From Nitrososphaerota archaeon (GTDB lineage: Archaea > Thermoproteota > Nitrososphaeria > Conexivisphaerales > UBA164), in assembly GCA_029786595.1 (NCBI GenBank), contig JAFLXO010000005.1, positions 4,652 through 59,980 of the forward strand: a DNA stretch of 55,329 nt, given 5' to 3'. Position 1 is the first letter of the stretch. The number at the start of each line of letters is the position of its first letter. Made by a program: the position numbers and the translations under genes. The notes under the pieces were generated by a model, which made no database searches, was not told where the DNA came from, and was given only the letters and a program-made list of their open reading frames with translations. Shown one piece after another: positions 31,679-40,617 of this stretch.

Positions 31679-32614
31679 TTAAATGCTTCTAGTCCTATCG
31701 GTCCTTTTTGCGGCATCAATGAGCGCGGGCATCATGACGTTCCCACCCCCTGCCAGCAACGTAACTGGCAAAAGGCTTTCGCCTCCCCCGAATGGAAGGC
31801 CAATGTCAGCGCTAGGAAATAAGAAGCGGGTTATCGATAAAGCTTTCAGGGAATCCCATACAGATGCAGGGGACCTTCCTTCCCAGGGGGTGCCCTTTAT
31901 AGGGGTGAACGTTGAAATCGATAAGCTGGTCAGGTTCCTGAACTGTCTGTGAAAATGAATTGATTCAATGAGATCCCGGTAGTCACCCAGGCCATTCATT
32001 ATTATTGACTTGAACTCCAGCCCTTCCTCATTTACAGTTTTCATGAAATCAATTCTCCTCTCCAGGCTGTCTCCTGGTTTCGCTTCACTGAAAGCAACCC
32101 TGTTGATCGTTTCAAGTGAGCAAACTATGCGAAATACCCCTTTCGACTTTAGCCACTTCATGATATCCCTGGACAGAGATGGGCCCACTGATATTTCAAG
32201 CGGAAGATCCGTAACTTCCCTTACAGCCATTACGGCTTTTCTTACAAGGTTGTCAAAACCCAAGAGGTTTGTGCCACCAACAAGGTGAATAAATTTGACA
32301 TTCATTTTTTTTATTGCCTCAGCATACTCCTGCAGTTTTTCTACTGATAATAACTCCCTTTCCTGATTTATTTTAGGGTCGGTGCTGGAAGCAGAACAAT
32401 ACCTGCATAACGGGTTTAATACGCAGGGAGCTATCATGCCCAGATGAGCGGCAACAACCAGGTCTTTGCCCAGAGTTTTATTCCTCAATTCAGAAGCAGC
32501 TGAAAACAGGGACAGCCAACGCTCCGGCGAATTGGTCAGAAGGTATAGATTCACGGAATCCTCCAAGCTGGCCTTCCCCATCAAATGTTTGTCAAGCGCT
32601 TCTTCAAAGTTCAT
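31679..32614 (-). CDS. BioB/HcgA(HmdB)-like radical SAM protein with a CX5CX2C motif; possibly truncated by a premature stop
   Basis: C-VLNPL-C-RY-C; LVGG, CSLETIN, KPGDSLE.R, F.PIKGTPW as in biotin-synthase-like TIM barrels. Confidence 0.85.
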   Translation of the reverse strand: MNFEEALDKHLMGKASLEDSVNLYLLTNSPERWLSLFSAASELRNKTLGKDLVVAAHLGMIAPCVLNPLCRYCSASSTDPKINQERELLSVEKLQEYAEAIKKMNVKFIHLVGGTNLLGFDNLVRKAVMAVREVTDLPLEISVGPSLSRDIMKWLKSKGVFRIVCSLETINRVAFSEAKPGDSLERRIDFMKTVNEEGLEFKSIIMNGLGDYRDLIESIHFHRQFRNLTSLSISTFTPIKGTPWEGRSPASVWDSLKALSITRFLFPSADIGLPFGGGESLLPVTLLAGGGNVMMPALIDAAKRTDRTRSI

Positions 32615-33180
32615 TTACTCATACCCCCTCCGAACCACCTTCCATAAGCCTGTATGGCTGCGTATGCCCCAATAGTTCCCAGCACAAATGGCACAGGACC
32701 GTTGAACGCTATGTAAGTGTACAGAAGCGCCAGCGTGGCTACATTGTGGAGCACTGCAACTGGCAGAAAAATGAAAAGCCCCACAGTTACACCTATCCCT
32801 CTGCCAAGCATCAAAAAGCCTCCTGCCAGTGACAGGCAAAGAGCTCCACACCTCCCCTTTAATCCGTGTCCAACTATAACAACCGCTTCAGCGCCAATTG
32901 TGGCGCCAATCCACTCAAAGATCACTGGCGGAAATCCTGACATGAATAGCATTAGAATGCCGGTCACGAGAGTTGTGATCCCTATTGCCCCAATTTTTTG
33001 CACTCGCAGGTATGTTATAGCAGCCATAAAAGCGACCGGGAAGGCGACTATTGGCCTTTCGGCGCCAGGAATAAAAGTGATTCTGCCGGCAAAGTACTGG
33101 AGCACAAATTGCATGGCGGAAAATACAGCAATAACCGAAAGGTCGCGTGCTGAAAAATAACGTTTTTTATAACTTTGCAT
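32611..33180 (-). CDS. ECF transporter substrate-binding S component (substrate unknown)
   Basis: FSARDL..IAVF.A N-terminus, about five or six TM segments, first gene of the ECF operon. Confidence 0.8.
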   Translation of the reverse strand: MQSYKKRYFSARDLSVIAVFSAMQFVLQYFAGRITFIPGAERPIVAFPVAFMAAITYLRVQKIGAIGITTLVTGILMLFMSGFPPVIFEWIGATIGAEAVVIVGHGLKGRCGALCLSLAGGFLMLGRGIGVTVGLFIFLPVAVLHNVATLALLYTYIAFNGPVPFVLGTIGAYAAIQAYGRWFGGGMSK

Positions 33181-33213
33181 GCTTGATCGGCAATGATTAA
33201 GCTAGGCCTTTAT

Positions 33214-33259
33214 TTAACATTAATGTTTATTATTAGTAGAAACTAAACATATATGTTTA
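33214..33259. promoter_or_regulatory. Two tandem 16-bp palindromic operators upstream of the S-component/radical SAM/ECF operon
   Basis: TTAACATTAATGTTTA (33214-33229) and the perfect palindrome TAAACATATATGTTTA (33244-33259), starts 30 bp apart. Confidence 0.65.
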
Positions 33260-33300
33260 ATAAATATAACATAAATTATCATCACATTAGTTCAACCCTT

Positions 33301-33529
33301 AATGGATCATAGAAGCACATGATGAAGGAGCAAGTGTAGAATACAATGGATTATCTTGAAAAGTACCACCAGAGAAGAAATCCAGAGGCGGGCTTTGCTG
33401 CTGACAAGAAGATGCTGGGATGGGGTGTAGCGCAGAGGAGGGAGGACAGGATCTACAGTGCGCTGTTCTGCGTCGGGCTCTGGCACAACCTATTCAACAT
33501 GGGTCGCTAGGGAATAATAGCGTCCCACA
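33301..33529 (+). mobile_element. 3' fragment and right end of an ISNCY-family transposase
   Basis: YLEKYHQRRNPEAGFAADKKMLGWGVAQRREDRIYSALFCVGLWHNLFN* followed by terminal repeat AATAGCGTCCCACA. Confidence 0.8.
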
Positions 33530-33644
33530 GCCGCCACCGGCAACAAATAGAAAAGCGAATAGAGGCGATGTACTCATATTACCTCCATTGTAAACATTGT
33601 TGCCCATCCAGTAGATGGGAATGTGCCGAGATGGGAGTGTGTTA

Positions 33645-33835
33645 TTATATCACCCCCTTCTCCGCATACCTTCGGAACGCTTCGGCGTTCCTTGCCGAGA
33701 AGAAGGACCTGAACTCCATCGCTTCGTACGCCCGGACCATTTCGGCCTCCGGCTCGTCGGGCGGGAACGGCGGCGCGTACTTGGGATAGATCCTAACCAA
33801 CTCCTGCGCCGGGTAGTTGAGTTCCTCTTGAAATG
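33645..33835 (-). pseudogene. GC-rich 3' gene remnant, possibly the C-terminus of a B12-dependent radical SAM protein
   Basis: Startless frame ...PDEPEAEMVRAYEAMEFRSFFSARNAEAFRRYAEKGVI*; family call weak. Confidence 0.3.
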
Positions 33836-33933
33836 TAACTATAGCTGGGGGCCTGTACCGGTGCAGGCCGTGGGAATTGTGATACCTTATATAAAGGGCG
33901 GAGGAACTTATAAATCTCGATCGGTGTGTCTAC

Positions 33934-34752
33934 TCACTCTTTCCTGCCTTCCACCCTCCCCCTAGCCCATGTGACCCTGAACCCCTTGCAAGTATGCACC
34001 TTGCCCTTCCGGAACCAGCCAAGGCTGTTCGCTAATGCAGCCGTCCGGCCCACCACTATCACACATGGAGGCTTGAGCGCCAGGCTACGCCTATCGCTTG
34101 TGGCTTCGCCTAATGTGAAGAGCGTGATGCGCTGTCGTTCGGTCGTCGCCCATTGAATCGCAGCTACAGGTGTATCCCGGCTCAGGCCACCGCGGATGAG
34201 TTCCATACAGCTCCGGCCCAAGGTGGATGCACCCATCAGGATGACGAGGGTGTCGACATTTGAGGCAATCTCTGAGAGCTTAACCCGCGGCGCCCTCTTT
34301 GATGAAGCTTCACGGGTCGTCGTGATGGCTACGGAGGAAGATATGTCTCTGTGTGTAAGCGGTATGCCGGCATAAAGTGGCGCAGCAATAGCTGAGGAAA
34401 TTCCTGGCACGACCTCGAAGTCAATCCCTTTCCTCTTCAACGCCTCTGCTTCTTCTCCACCCCGGGAGAAGATGAAAGGGTCGCCGCCTTTAAGGCGAAG
34501 GACATTCTGTGCTCGCCTTGCTTCCCCAATCAGTATGTCATTTATCTCCGATTGCTGGAGCTTGCGCTTCCTAGGTGGCGACTTGCCCACGCATCGCCTC
34601 CTAGCATGTTTAGGTAGTAGCTGCAGCACTTCGGCACTGACAAGGCGGTCATACAGCACTACATCCGCCTTCTTTATGACCTCCAGCGCCCTCAGGGTAA
34701 GCAGCTTTGGGTCCCCTGGTCCAGCACCCACGATATAGACCTTACCCTTCAC
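33934..34752 (-). CDS. cobA: Uroporphyrinogen-III C-methyltransferase
   Basis: VGAGPGDP.LLTLRA, YDRLV, RLKGGDPFIF.RGGEE, VPGISS. Confidence 0.96.
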   Translation of the reverse strand: MKGKVYIVGAGPGDPKLLTLRALEVIKKADVVLYDRLVSAEVLQLLPKHARRRCVGKSPPRKRKLQQSEINDILIGEARRAQNVLRLKGGDPFIFSRGGEEAEALKRKGIDFEVVPGISSAIAAPLYAGIPLTHRDISSSVAITTTREASSKRAPRVKLSEIASNVDTLVILMGASTLGRSCMELIRGGLSRDTPVAAIQWATTERQRITLFTLGEATSDRRSLALKPPCVIVVGRTAALANSLGWFRKGKVHTCKGFRVTWARGRVEGRKE

Positions 34753-35437
34753 CTGTGTTCACCTCCGCCGGCTGTTTATACTGAACGACATCTCCTATTA
34801 GCTTGTTTGCGTACAGAACTGCTTCATTAAACGCATTACATTTTAGCAAGTGGGAGATCCTCTTGCTACGGATGATCCTGTAGATGAGCTTTCTGCGTTC
34901 AGCCGGGTTCGGAACATGTGCTTTTATCGCCTCCTTGATTAGCCCTTGCAGCTGCACCTGCAGGACATCCTCGGAGGTTATGTCCTTTGCTAGACGCTCC
35001 TTTATTAGCTTGGCCATAGCAGGGCTCAGTCCGCCCGTGGCCACTGCTATCTTGATGTCGCCGACGACCGCGACGGCCGGCATCGTGAAGTCGCCCATCG
35101 CTGCGGCGTCAAGCACGTTCACGAGCTGGCCCTCCGCGTGTGCGAGCTTCACTAGCTGGACGTTGAACTCGCGGTCACGGATGGTCGATATCACGAAGGC
35201 GGGCTTAATGGCTTTGATAATTCGAAGGCATTCCCGGTGTCCGGCCTTGACTAGGCGGACCTTATGTGGACCCAAGTTCGTCAGGCTAGGGATAAAACGT
35301 TCCGCAATGACGGAAACCCTTGCTCCCTGCTCTACGAGTGACTTCACCCTGAGCTCCGACTCCTCTCCCCCTCCTAACACGACCACCATCCCTGCCTCGG
35401 TGTTCAGATCGACAAGCATCTTATTCAACTCCTGCAA
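34742..35437 (-). CDS. sirC: Precorrin-2 dehydrogenase/sirohydrochlorin ferrochelatase (SirC/CysG N-terminal)
   Basis: VVLGGG, VNV.D...DFTMPA, IAVATGG.SPAMAK. Confidence 0.88.
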   Translation of the reverse strand: MQELNKMLVDLNTEAGMVVVLGGGEESELRVKSLVEQGARVSVIAERFIPSLTNLGPHKVRLVKAGHRECLRIIKAIKPAFVISTIRDREFNVQLVKLAHAEGQLVNVLDAAAMGDFTMPAVAVVGDIKIAVATGGLSPAMAKLIKERLAKDITSEDVLQVQLQGLIKEAIKAHVPNPAERRKLIYRIIRSKRISHLLKCNAFNEAVLYANKLIGDVVQYKQPAEVNTGEG

Positions 35438-35614
35438 ACGTCACACTGGTGGTCAATATTGTTTCTTCCCGCGTCCGAATAATAGCAGAAGATATATTGC
35501 AGGCTACTAGAGATGGAGTGAAGCGTGGAGATGACTTGTCAGTATCGCCACGGCCGGCACCCCCGTGTCGGTGGGCAAAGAGAGCCAGAACCCTTAAATG
35601 GAGGGCAGCTGAAA

Positions 35615-35863
35615 TCATAGCTTCTCGATCGTCACCTTCCATATATGCGGACTTATTTCTTCGATGGAAATCTGCCTCAGGCCATCCCTCTTCGCTATGC
35701 CTTGTATTGTGGTAAGGGAGGGCGGGCTGTCAAGAACCACCTCCAACACGTCTCGCGATGATAATTCCTTTAATTTCTTCATCGTCAACAGTTGAGGGTA
35801 AGGACATGAATACCCCTTCAAATCGAGGGTGTGTTTTCTCCTGGGTTGCCATCGTTCAGCCAT
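35615..35863 (-). CDS. tusA: TusA-family sulfur carrier
   Basis: LDLKGYSCPYP motif, 82 aa. Confidence 0.88.
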   Translation of the reverse strand: MAERWQPRRKHTLDLKGYSCPYPQLLTMKKLKELSSRDVLEVVLDSPPSLTTIQGIAKRDGLRQISIEEISPHIWKVTIEKL

Positions 35864-35866
35864 CTC

Positions 35867-37384
35867 CTATATCTTCGCCCCCAAGTTTATATTCCTTCGA
35901 TAGAATTCCCTAAATGTCTCCCCATCCGACTTGTCTCGGAGGAACTTTGATACAAGTTCCTCCACAGCTGTGCTGACCTTATCCGCCTCGATACCTCTTA
36001 TGATGGGCCTCGCAAAGGAGGAGTTGGCGCCCAGTCCGCCCCCAACATATATATTGTAGCCTACATGCATGTTACCGCCGTCTCTGTAGGATACGGCCTG
36101 AAGACCTATGTCGGCCACCGGATGCCTTGCGCATGCGTGGGGGCAACCGCTGATGAATATGTTTATATTCATATCCTTCAGGCTCGTGGGAAATGTCTTC
36201 TCCATATGTTTTACTATATCATCGGTCCTGCCTTCTATGCTCTCTGGCGCCTTACTGCAAAATCCGCCGGCGCAGGAGAGGGCGGTCCAACTGAAAGGCG
36301 ACGCCTTGAGTGACAATCCTATCTTCTCCATTTTATCTATAACGATCGTTACGTTCTTCCTTTCAATTCCCGATAGTATTAGGTTCTGGAAGGGGGTTAG
36401 CCTTATTTCTGGCCGCCCGAACCTTTCAGCGATGGACGCGATCTGAAACATCTGCTCGCACGTTAATACTCCACCTTGAACGGGAAAATTAACATAATAA
36501 CGGTCCCCTTGTTTCTGTCGGTTGACCCCAATATGCTCCGTGCCGCTCGTCGGCGGAGGCCCCTGGGCATAGATCTCCAGCCCATGGCTCACCTTTTCCA
36601 TAAGCGCGCTCCTCAGCCTGCCAGCGCCCCATTCCTCCACAAGGAATTTGAACCTGGCCGTTGACTTACTCGCCCTCCTCCCGTGTCCTCTGAATATCTC
36701 AAGAAGAGCTACCGCTACGTCGAAGACGGCCTCCGGTTCTATGAAAAGCTCGAGTGGCTTTGCCATCTTTGCAGGGCTCCCGCATCCCCCCCCTACAAAG
36801 GCTACAAAGCCCGTCCTTCCCCCTTCCTTTTTTGTGGCTACGAAGCCGACGTCCTGTATCTCAGGGAAGGTGCAGTTAAGGTGGCACCCCGAAACTGATG
36901 CCTTGAACTTATGCGGAAGGTTCATGAAGTCACGGTTACCAAGGAAGAACGATTTCAATTCCCTTATCAGCGCAGTAGCATCGAAGATTTCTTCCCTATC
37001 TATTCCAGCGACGGGGCAACCCATTATGTTCCTCACGTCTCCGTACCCAACGATGGACCTTGCCTGGCCGCACTGGTCCGTTGAGAGACCCAGAGTTTGT
37101 AACTTGCTGAATATTTCTATTGATTCTTCGGCGTCAATCCAGTGCGTCTGGATGTCCTGGCGCGTCGTTATCTCCGCATACCCCCTGCCATACGTCTTAA
37201 CTATTCCAGCGACGCCCATAAACTGATCAAGGGTCATAATTCCACCCGGGACGCACACCCTCAGGAAATGAACGGACCCCCTCTTTGCTTCGCTACCCAG
37301 CGCGTACTTGTCTGCAAATGCAAGTATATCTTCAACGCTCATATCCTTAGCCAAGGGTATGATTCCGGGGTATGACAGTGTCAT
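35867..37384 (-). CDS. Ferredoxin-dependent siroheme nitrite/sulfite reductase
   Basis: ITTRQDIQ.H, VRNI.GCP.AG, LPHKFK.SVSGC, C....C and ISGCPHAC siroheme/[4Fe-4S] motifs; clustered with tusA and siroheme genes. Confidence 0.93.
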   Translation of the reverse strand: MTLSYPGIIPLAKDMSVEDILAFADKYALGSEAKRGSVHFLRVCVPGGIMTLDQFMGVAGIVKTYGRGYAEITTRQDIQTHWIDAEESIEIFSKLQTLGLSTDQCGQARSIVGYGDVRNIMGCPVAGIDREEIFDATALIRELKSFFLGNRDFMNLPHKFKASVSGCHLNCTFPEIQDVGFVATKKEGGRTGFVAFVGGGCGSPAKMAKPLELFIEPEAVFDVAVALLEIFRGHGRRASKSTARFKFLVEEWGAGRLRSALMEKVSHGLEIYAQGPPPTSGTEHIGVNRQKQGDRYYVNFPVQGGVLTCEQMFQIASIAERFGRPEIRLTPFQNLILSGIERKNVTIVIDKMEKIGLSLKASPFSWTALSCAGGFCSKAPESIEGRTDDIVKHMEKTFPTSLKDMNINIFISGCPHACARHPVADIGLQAVSYRDGGNMHVGYNIYVGGGLGANSSFARPIIRGIEADKVSTAVEELVSKFLRDKSDGETFREFYRRNINLGAKI

Positions 37385-37406
37385 ATTATATACTTTTCCG
37401 CAAATC

Positions 37407-37566
37407 TCCTTTGTTGCATAACTCTCTCGGCTACTCGCATTTGGCTATACTAGGGCCCCGCATGATGACCCCATCGCTTCAAGCAAGCGAGCATATTCTT
37501 CACCAACCTACCTGGGCAGTGAACCGTTGCGGTGCGCCTCCACCACGTTGTACGTGTAGATCTTAG
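37407..37566 (-). mobile_element. Right end and extreme 3' fragment of an IS5-family element
   Basis: Terminal repeat TCCTTTGTTGCATAA at 37407-37421; minus frame KIYTYNVVEAHRNG matches KVFVYNVVKANRNG of the 20.8-kb copy. Confidence 0.75.
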
Positions 37567-37620
37567 TCATATATATATTAATGAGCGAGCGATGGTATTC
37601 CGAACGGGCGTATAGGTCTC

Positions 37621-38796
37621 TTGTACGATGATATAATGCGTTATGAGGAACGCGTGCTGGGGGATTTGGTTGCCATCGGCTCTGATCTCTCCAGCGCTGG
37701 CGGTTACGAGCGATGTGCGGGCCTGATAAAGGAAGAGGTCGAAGGTTTGGGGTATTCCGCGGAAATTATGCCCAGCAGCAGCGGCGCGCCAAGGCCCAAC
37801 GTCAAAGTCGAGATAGCTGGAGCCGGCCCTATTCTGTTAGCATCCCACTTCGATACCGTGCCCATCGGCCCTGGCTGGACTACAGATCCATTGAGGTTAG
37901 TTAAAACTGGTGATAAATTATACGGAAGGGGTTCAGCTGATGATAAGGGGGCCGTTGCCGTGATGCTGGGAACGCTCAAATCGATCGATGGTGCCTCACG
38001 GTTAAAAACTGGGCTGACGCTCTGCTTTACCGCCGACGAAGAGGTAGGCGGCGCCAGGGGGCTCGGGGACCTGATCAACAGGCTGAACGGGCTGCCGGCC
38101 TTCGCCATCATAGCCGATGCGGGGAGCGGCAAGGTTTCCTGTGGCGCCAGCGGGATAGTGAACGGGGAGATAATAATCAGGGGGAAACAGGGCCACGCCG
38201 GATATCCGCATCTGGCAAGGAATCCAATACAGAAGGTCCCCGTAGTTCTGGGGGCCCTGGAAGAGCTTTCAGCCAGGCGGGAGCGCCTGCGGTCCTCCTT
38301 GAATTCACCGGAAGGCCAGCCACACCGGAAGGTCTGGGGCAGGCTATCGCCCACCATTATAAGCGGAGGTTTCAAGAACAATGTAATCCCCCCGAGCGTC
38401 ACCATTACCTTCGATATGAGGCTCCTGCCAGAGGAAGATATGAATTCAGCCATGGCCGAATTGAGGGGCACAATAGAAAAACTGGCAAAGGCTGGATTGG
38501 TGGATGTGGAGCTCGGGCCATTCGAAGGAGGAGGGAACTACCATACCGATCCAGGCCATCCGCTGGTCAGGGAATTTCTTAAGGTTGCAGAGGCCCAGGG
38601 CTGCGGCAGGGGATGTGTAGGGGAGCTGGTCGGCAACGATGGAAGGTATACTAGTAGAAAGGGCATACCGACGGTAGGCCTGGGCGTGATAGATTATGAC
38701 AGCAACATTCATGGGCCCGACGAGTTCGTCAGATTGAGCACAATGGAAAGGATAACCAGGATATTCAAACACTTCTTGTCAAACCCTCTAAATTAG
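37621..38796 (+). CDS. M20 family metallopeptidase/deacylase (ArgE/DapE-like)
   Basis: SHFDTVP, LYGRGSADDKG, ADEEVGG, GKQGHAG, NIHGPDE. Confidence 0.93.
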   Translation: MYDDIMRYEERVLGDLVAIGSDLSSAGGYERCAGLIKEEVEGLGYSAEIMPSSSGAPRPNVKVEIAGAGPILLASHFDTVPIGPGWTTDPLRLVKTGDKLYGRGSADDKGAVAVMLGTLKSIDGASRLKTGLTLCFTADEEVGGARGLGDLINRLNGLPAFAIIADAGSGKVSCGASGIVNGEIIIRGKQGHAGYPHLARNPIQKVPVVLGALEELSARRERLRSSLNSPEGQPHRKVWGRLSPTIISGGFKNNVIPPSVTITFDMRLLPEEDMNSAMAELRGTIEKLAKAGLVDVELGPFEGGGNYHTDPGHPLVREFLKVAEAQGCGRGCVGELVGNDGRYTSRKGIPTVGLGVIDYDSNIHGPDEFVRLSTMERITRIFKHFLSNPLN

Positions 38797-38904
38797 GACG
38801 CAAGATCAAGTTTCAATCCTGCCAGGGCTCGATCGAAATCTGGCATTACGCCCATGTGTAACAGCGGTTTCTCTCCTACGATATCAGGCAACAGCATCCA
38901 TCCT

Positions 38905-39690
38905 TTAAAGCCCATTTTGCAGCATCTCTACTGCTATGTCATTGCCTAAAATATCTCTTTTCTTCATACTTTCAATATGCTCGTTTAAGGTTTCCTTCTC
39001 CTCCTCATTTGCGTATAGCAGGAATAGTTTTTTTAATCCCACCAGTTTGTTCGCTATGATCATATCCGCTGCCAGATCATCGATATCTAATGAGTGAAGG
39101 AAATAGGAGCCGCGGATTTTACCTATTTTATTAAACAGATCGCTATATTTGGCTGACACTGGGAAGGATAATACGAATGAACCATTTCTTTGATAATATC
39201 GCAGTTTCTCCGTATTCACAAATATGCTTTCTACTTCTATGCTCTTTCCAACATCATTTTCATCTAACAGGCCTTTTATATTATCATATTGCATGGCTCT
39301 ATTGATGATCTCAAGCTCTTTCAATGAATTAAAATTTTTTCCATTGAACTGCTCTACAAGGCTTTCATATATAACGGCATCATAGTGCTTATTTTCCTTT
39401 AATGCAGAGTAAACTATTTTCATTGCCGCGCAATCGGAGTGAGGCATCAGTTTAATCCTTTTAACGCCCCCCTGTTTAATCATCCTTACTATGGAATTTC
39501 TTAATTCCTTTACATTGGCCCCCGCATTTCTCATTATGACAAACTTTTCATCATCATCAATTGCATCATCTATTGCATCCTGAATCCTGTAATCCATGCA
39601 ACTTATTATCAGATTCATTTTATCATTCATTATTATGCGGAATATCCATTTTTCATCGTATAAAAAGGCGCTGTTAACCTGATCGCGCAA
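38905..39690 (-). CDS. Beta-class carbonic anhydrase-like protein with a C-terminal extension (true start probably near 39630)
   Basis: SCMDYR, RNAGA and HSDC zinc-ligand motifs. Confidence 0.8.
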   Translation of the reverse strand: MRDQVNSAFLYDEKWIFRIIMNDKMNLIISCMDYRIQDAIDDAIDDDEKFVIMRNAGANVKELRNSIVRMIKQGGVKRIKLMPHSDCAAMKIVYSALKENKHYDAVIYESLVEQFNGKNFNSLKELEIINRAMQYDNIKGLLDENDVGKSIEVESIFVNTEKLRYYQRNGSFVLSFPVSAKYSDLFNKIGKIRGSYFLHSLDIDDLAADMIIANKLVGLKKLFLLYANEEEKETLNEHIESMKKRDILGNDIAVEMLQNGL

Positions 39691-40023
39691 TGCCAGCGAT
39701 CAACAGATTCCAAATAGGATTGGTTGGCATCTATCACTGCCCACCAGGGCCGGGCCGGTTACGGGCGTGAGCCTGAATCCCATAAGATGGGGATAAGATT
39801 ATACAGATATAAGCTTATACATGTTCGGGTCCTGCTGACTTTTGGGAATGAGCCCATCGAAAGCCTGGGGATTAAGGAATATATATCAAGCCATGGCGCT
39901 TTTAAACTAAGATATGCCATAACTGACGACCCTCTTCGGAACGAGAAATAGCCAGTGGCAGCCCGTCATCATCTTTTTAAGCCCGTTTTGCCCAAGAAAA
40001 GGTGTATGCCTTTTGGTGTCAGA

Positions 40024-40596
40024 ATGAGGAGGAAGGGCGTTAGCCGAATCACGACTGCATTTGCGGTGGCGATAATAATCATAATCATCGCTGTAGCCGG
40101 ATTTATTATATTTAGTGCTGGTGGGCTTGGCAACATTGGAATCGGAACTGGTGGAAACGGCGGCGGAGCCAATTCAAACGTGCCAGCGCAAATAGTTATT
40201 ACTTCAACTAATCCCACACTGGAACAAAGCATTGCGCCTGCTGGAGTCGATCTTCTTTATTATAAGCCGCTTGTATTACAACCGAACACGAATTATACGT
40301 TCCCAATAACGATTACTGTAGAAAACAGCGCAGGCGAAGTATTGAACACGTCCATTGTAATTACACCAGTGAATTGTACCTTCATTTATCCAAAAGATAA
40401 TATTTTATACTACGTATCTCCGTCTTCGGGCGTTTCTCCGTTTAATGCAACTTTGGTAATTGTTACGGGAAGCACAGTAAATTTTGGGCAAACAACTGAT
40501 GGTGATATTAGCTTGAGCTTTACACTATCCACTGCTATGGTAAAGAATCCAAATATATATAATATTCTTATTGCAAATTCAAGTTACAAATCATGA
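40024..40596 (+). CDS. Archaeal type IV pilin-like protein
   Basis: Class III signal peptide-like MRRKG/VSRI followed by a hydrophobic helix and a T/N-rich beta domain. Confidence 0.75.
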   Translation: MRRKGVSRITTAFAVAIIIIIIAVAGFIIFSAGGLGNIGIGTGGNGGGANSNVPAQIVITSTNPTLEQSIAPAGVDLLYYKPLVLQPNTNYTFPITITVENSAGEVLNTSIVITPVNCTFIYPKDNILYYVSPSSGVSPFNATLVIVTGSTVNFGQTTDGDISLSFTLSTAMVKNPNIYNILIANSSYKS

Positions 40597-40617
40597 TCAT
40601 AGTAATTAAATTACTCG

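Noticed and set aside
33816-33836. GTTGAGTTCCTCTTGAAATG as a lone CRISPR-like repeat
   Set aside because: Single occurrence, unrelated to the array repeat, and inside an apparent coding remnant.
37704-38471. 255-aa antisense ORF
   Set aside because: Mirror frame of the M20 hydrolase, which has all expected motifs.
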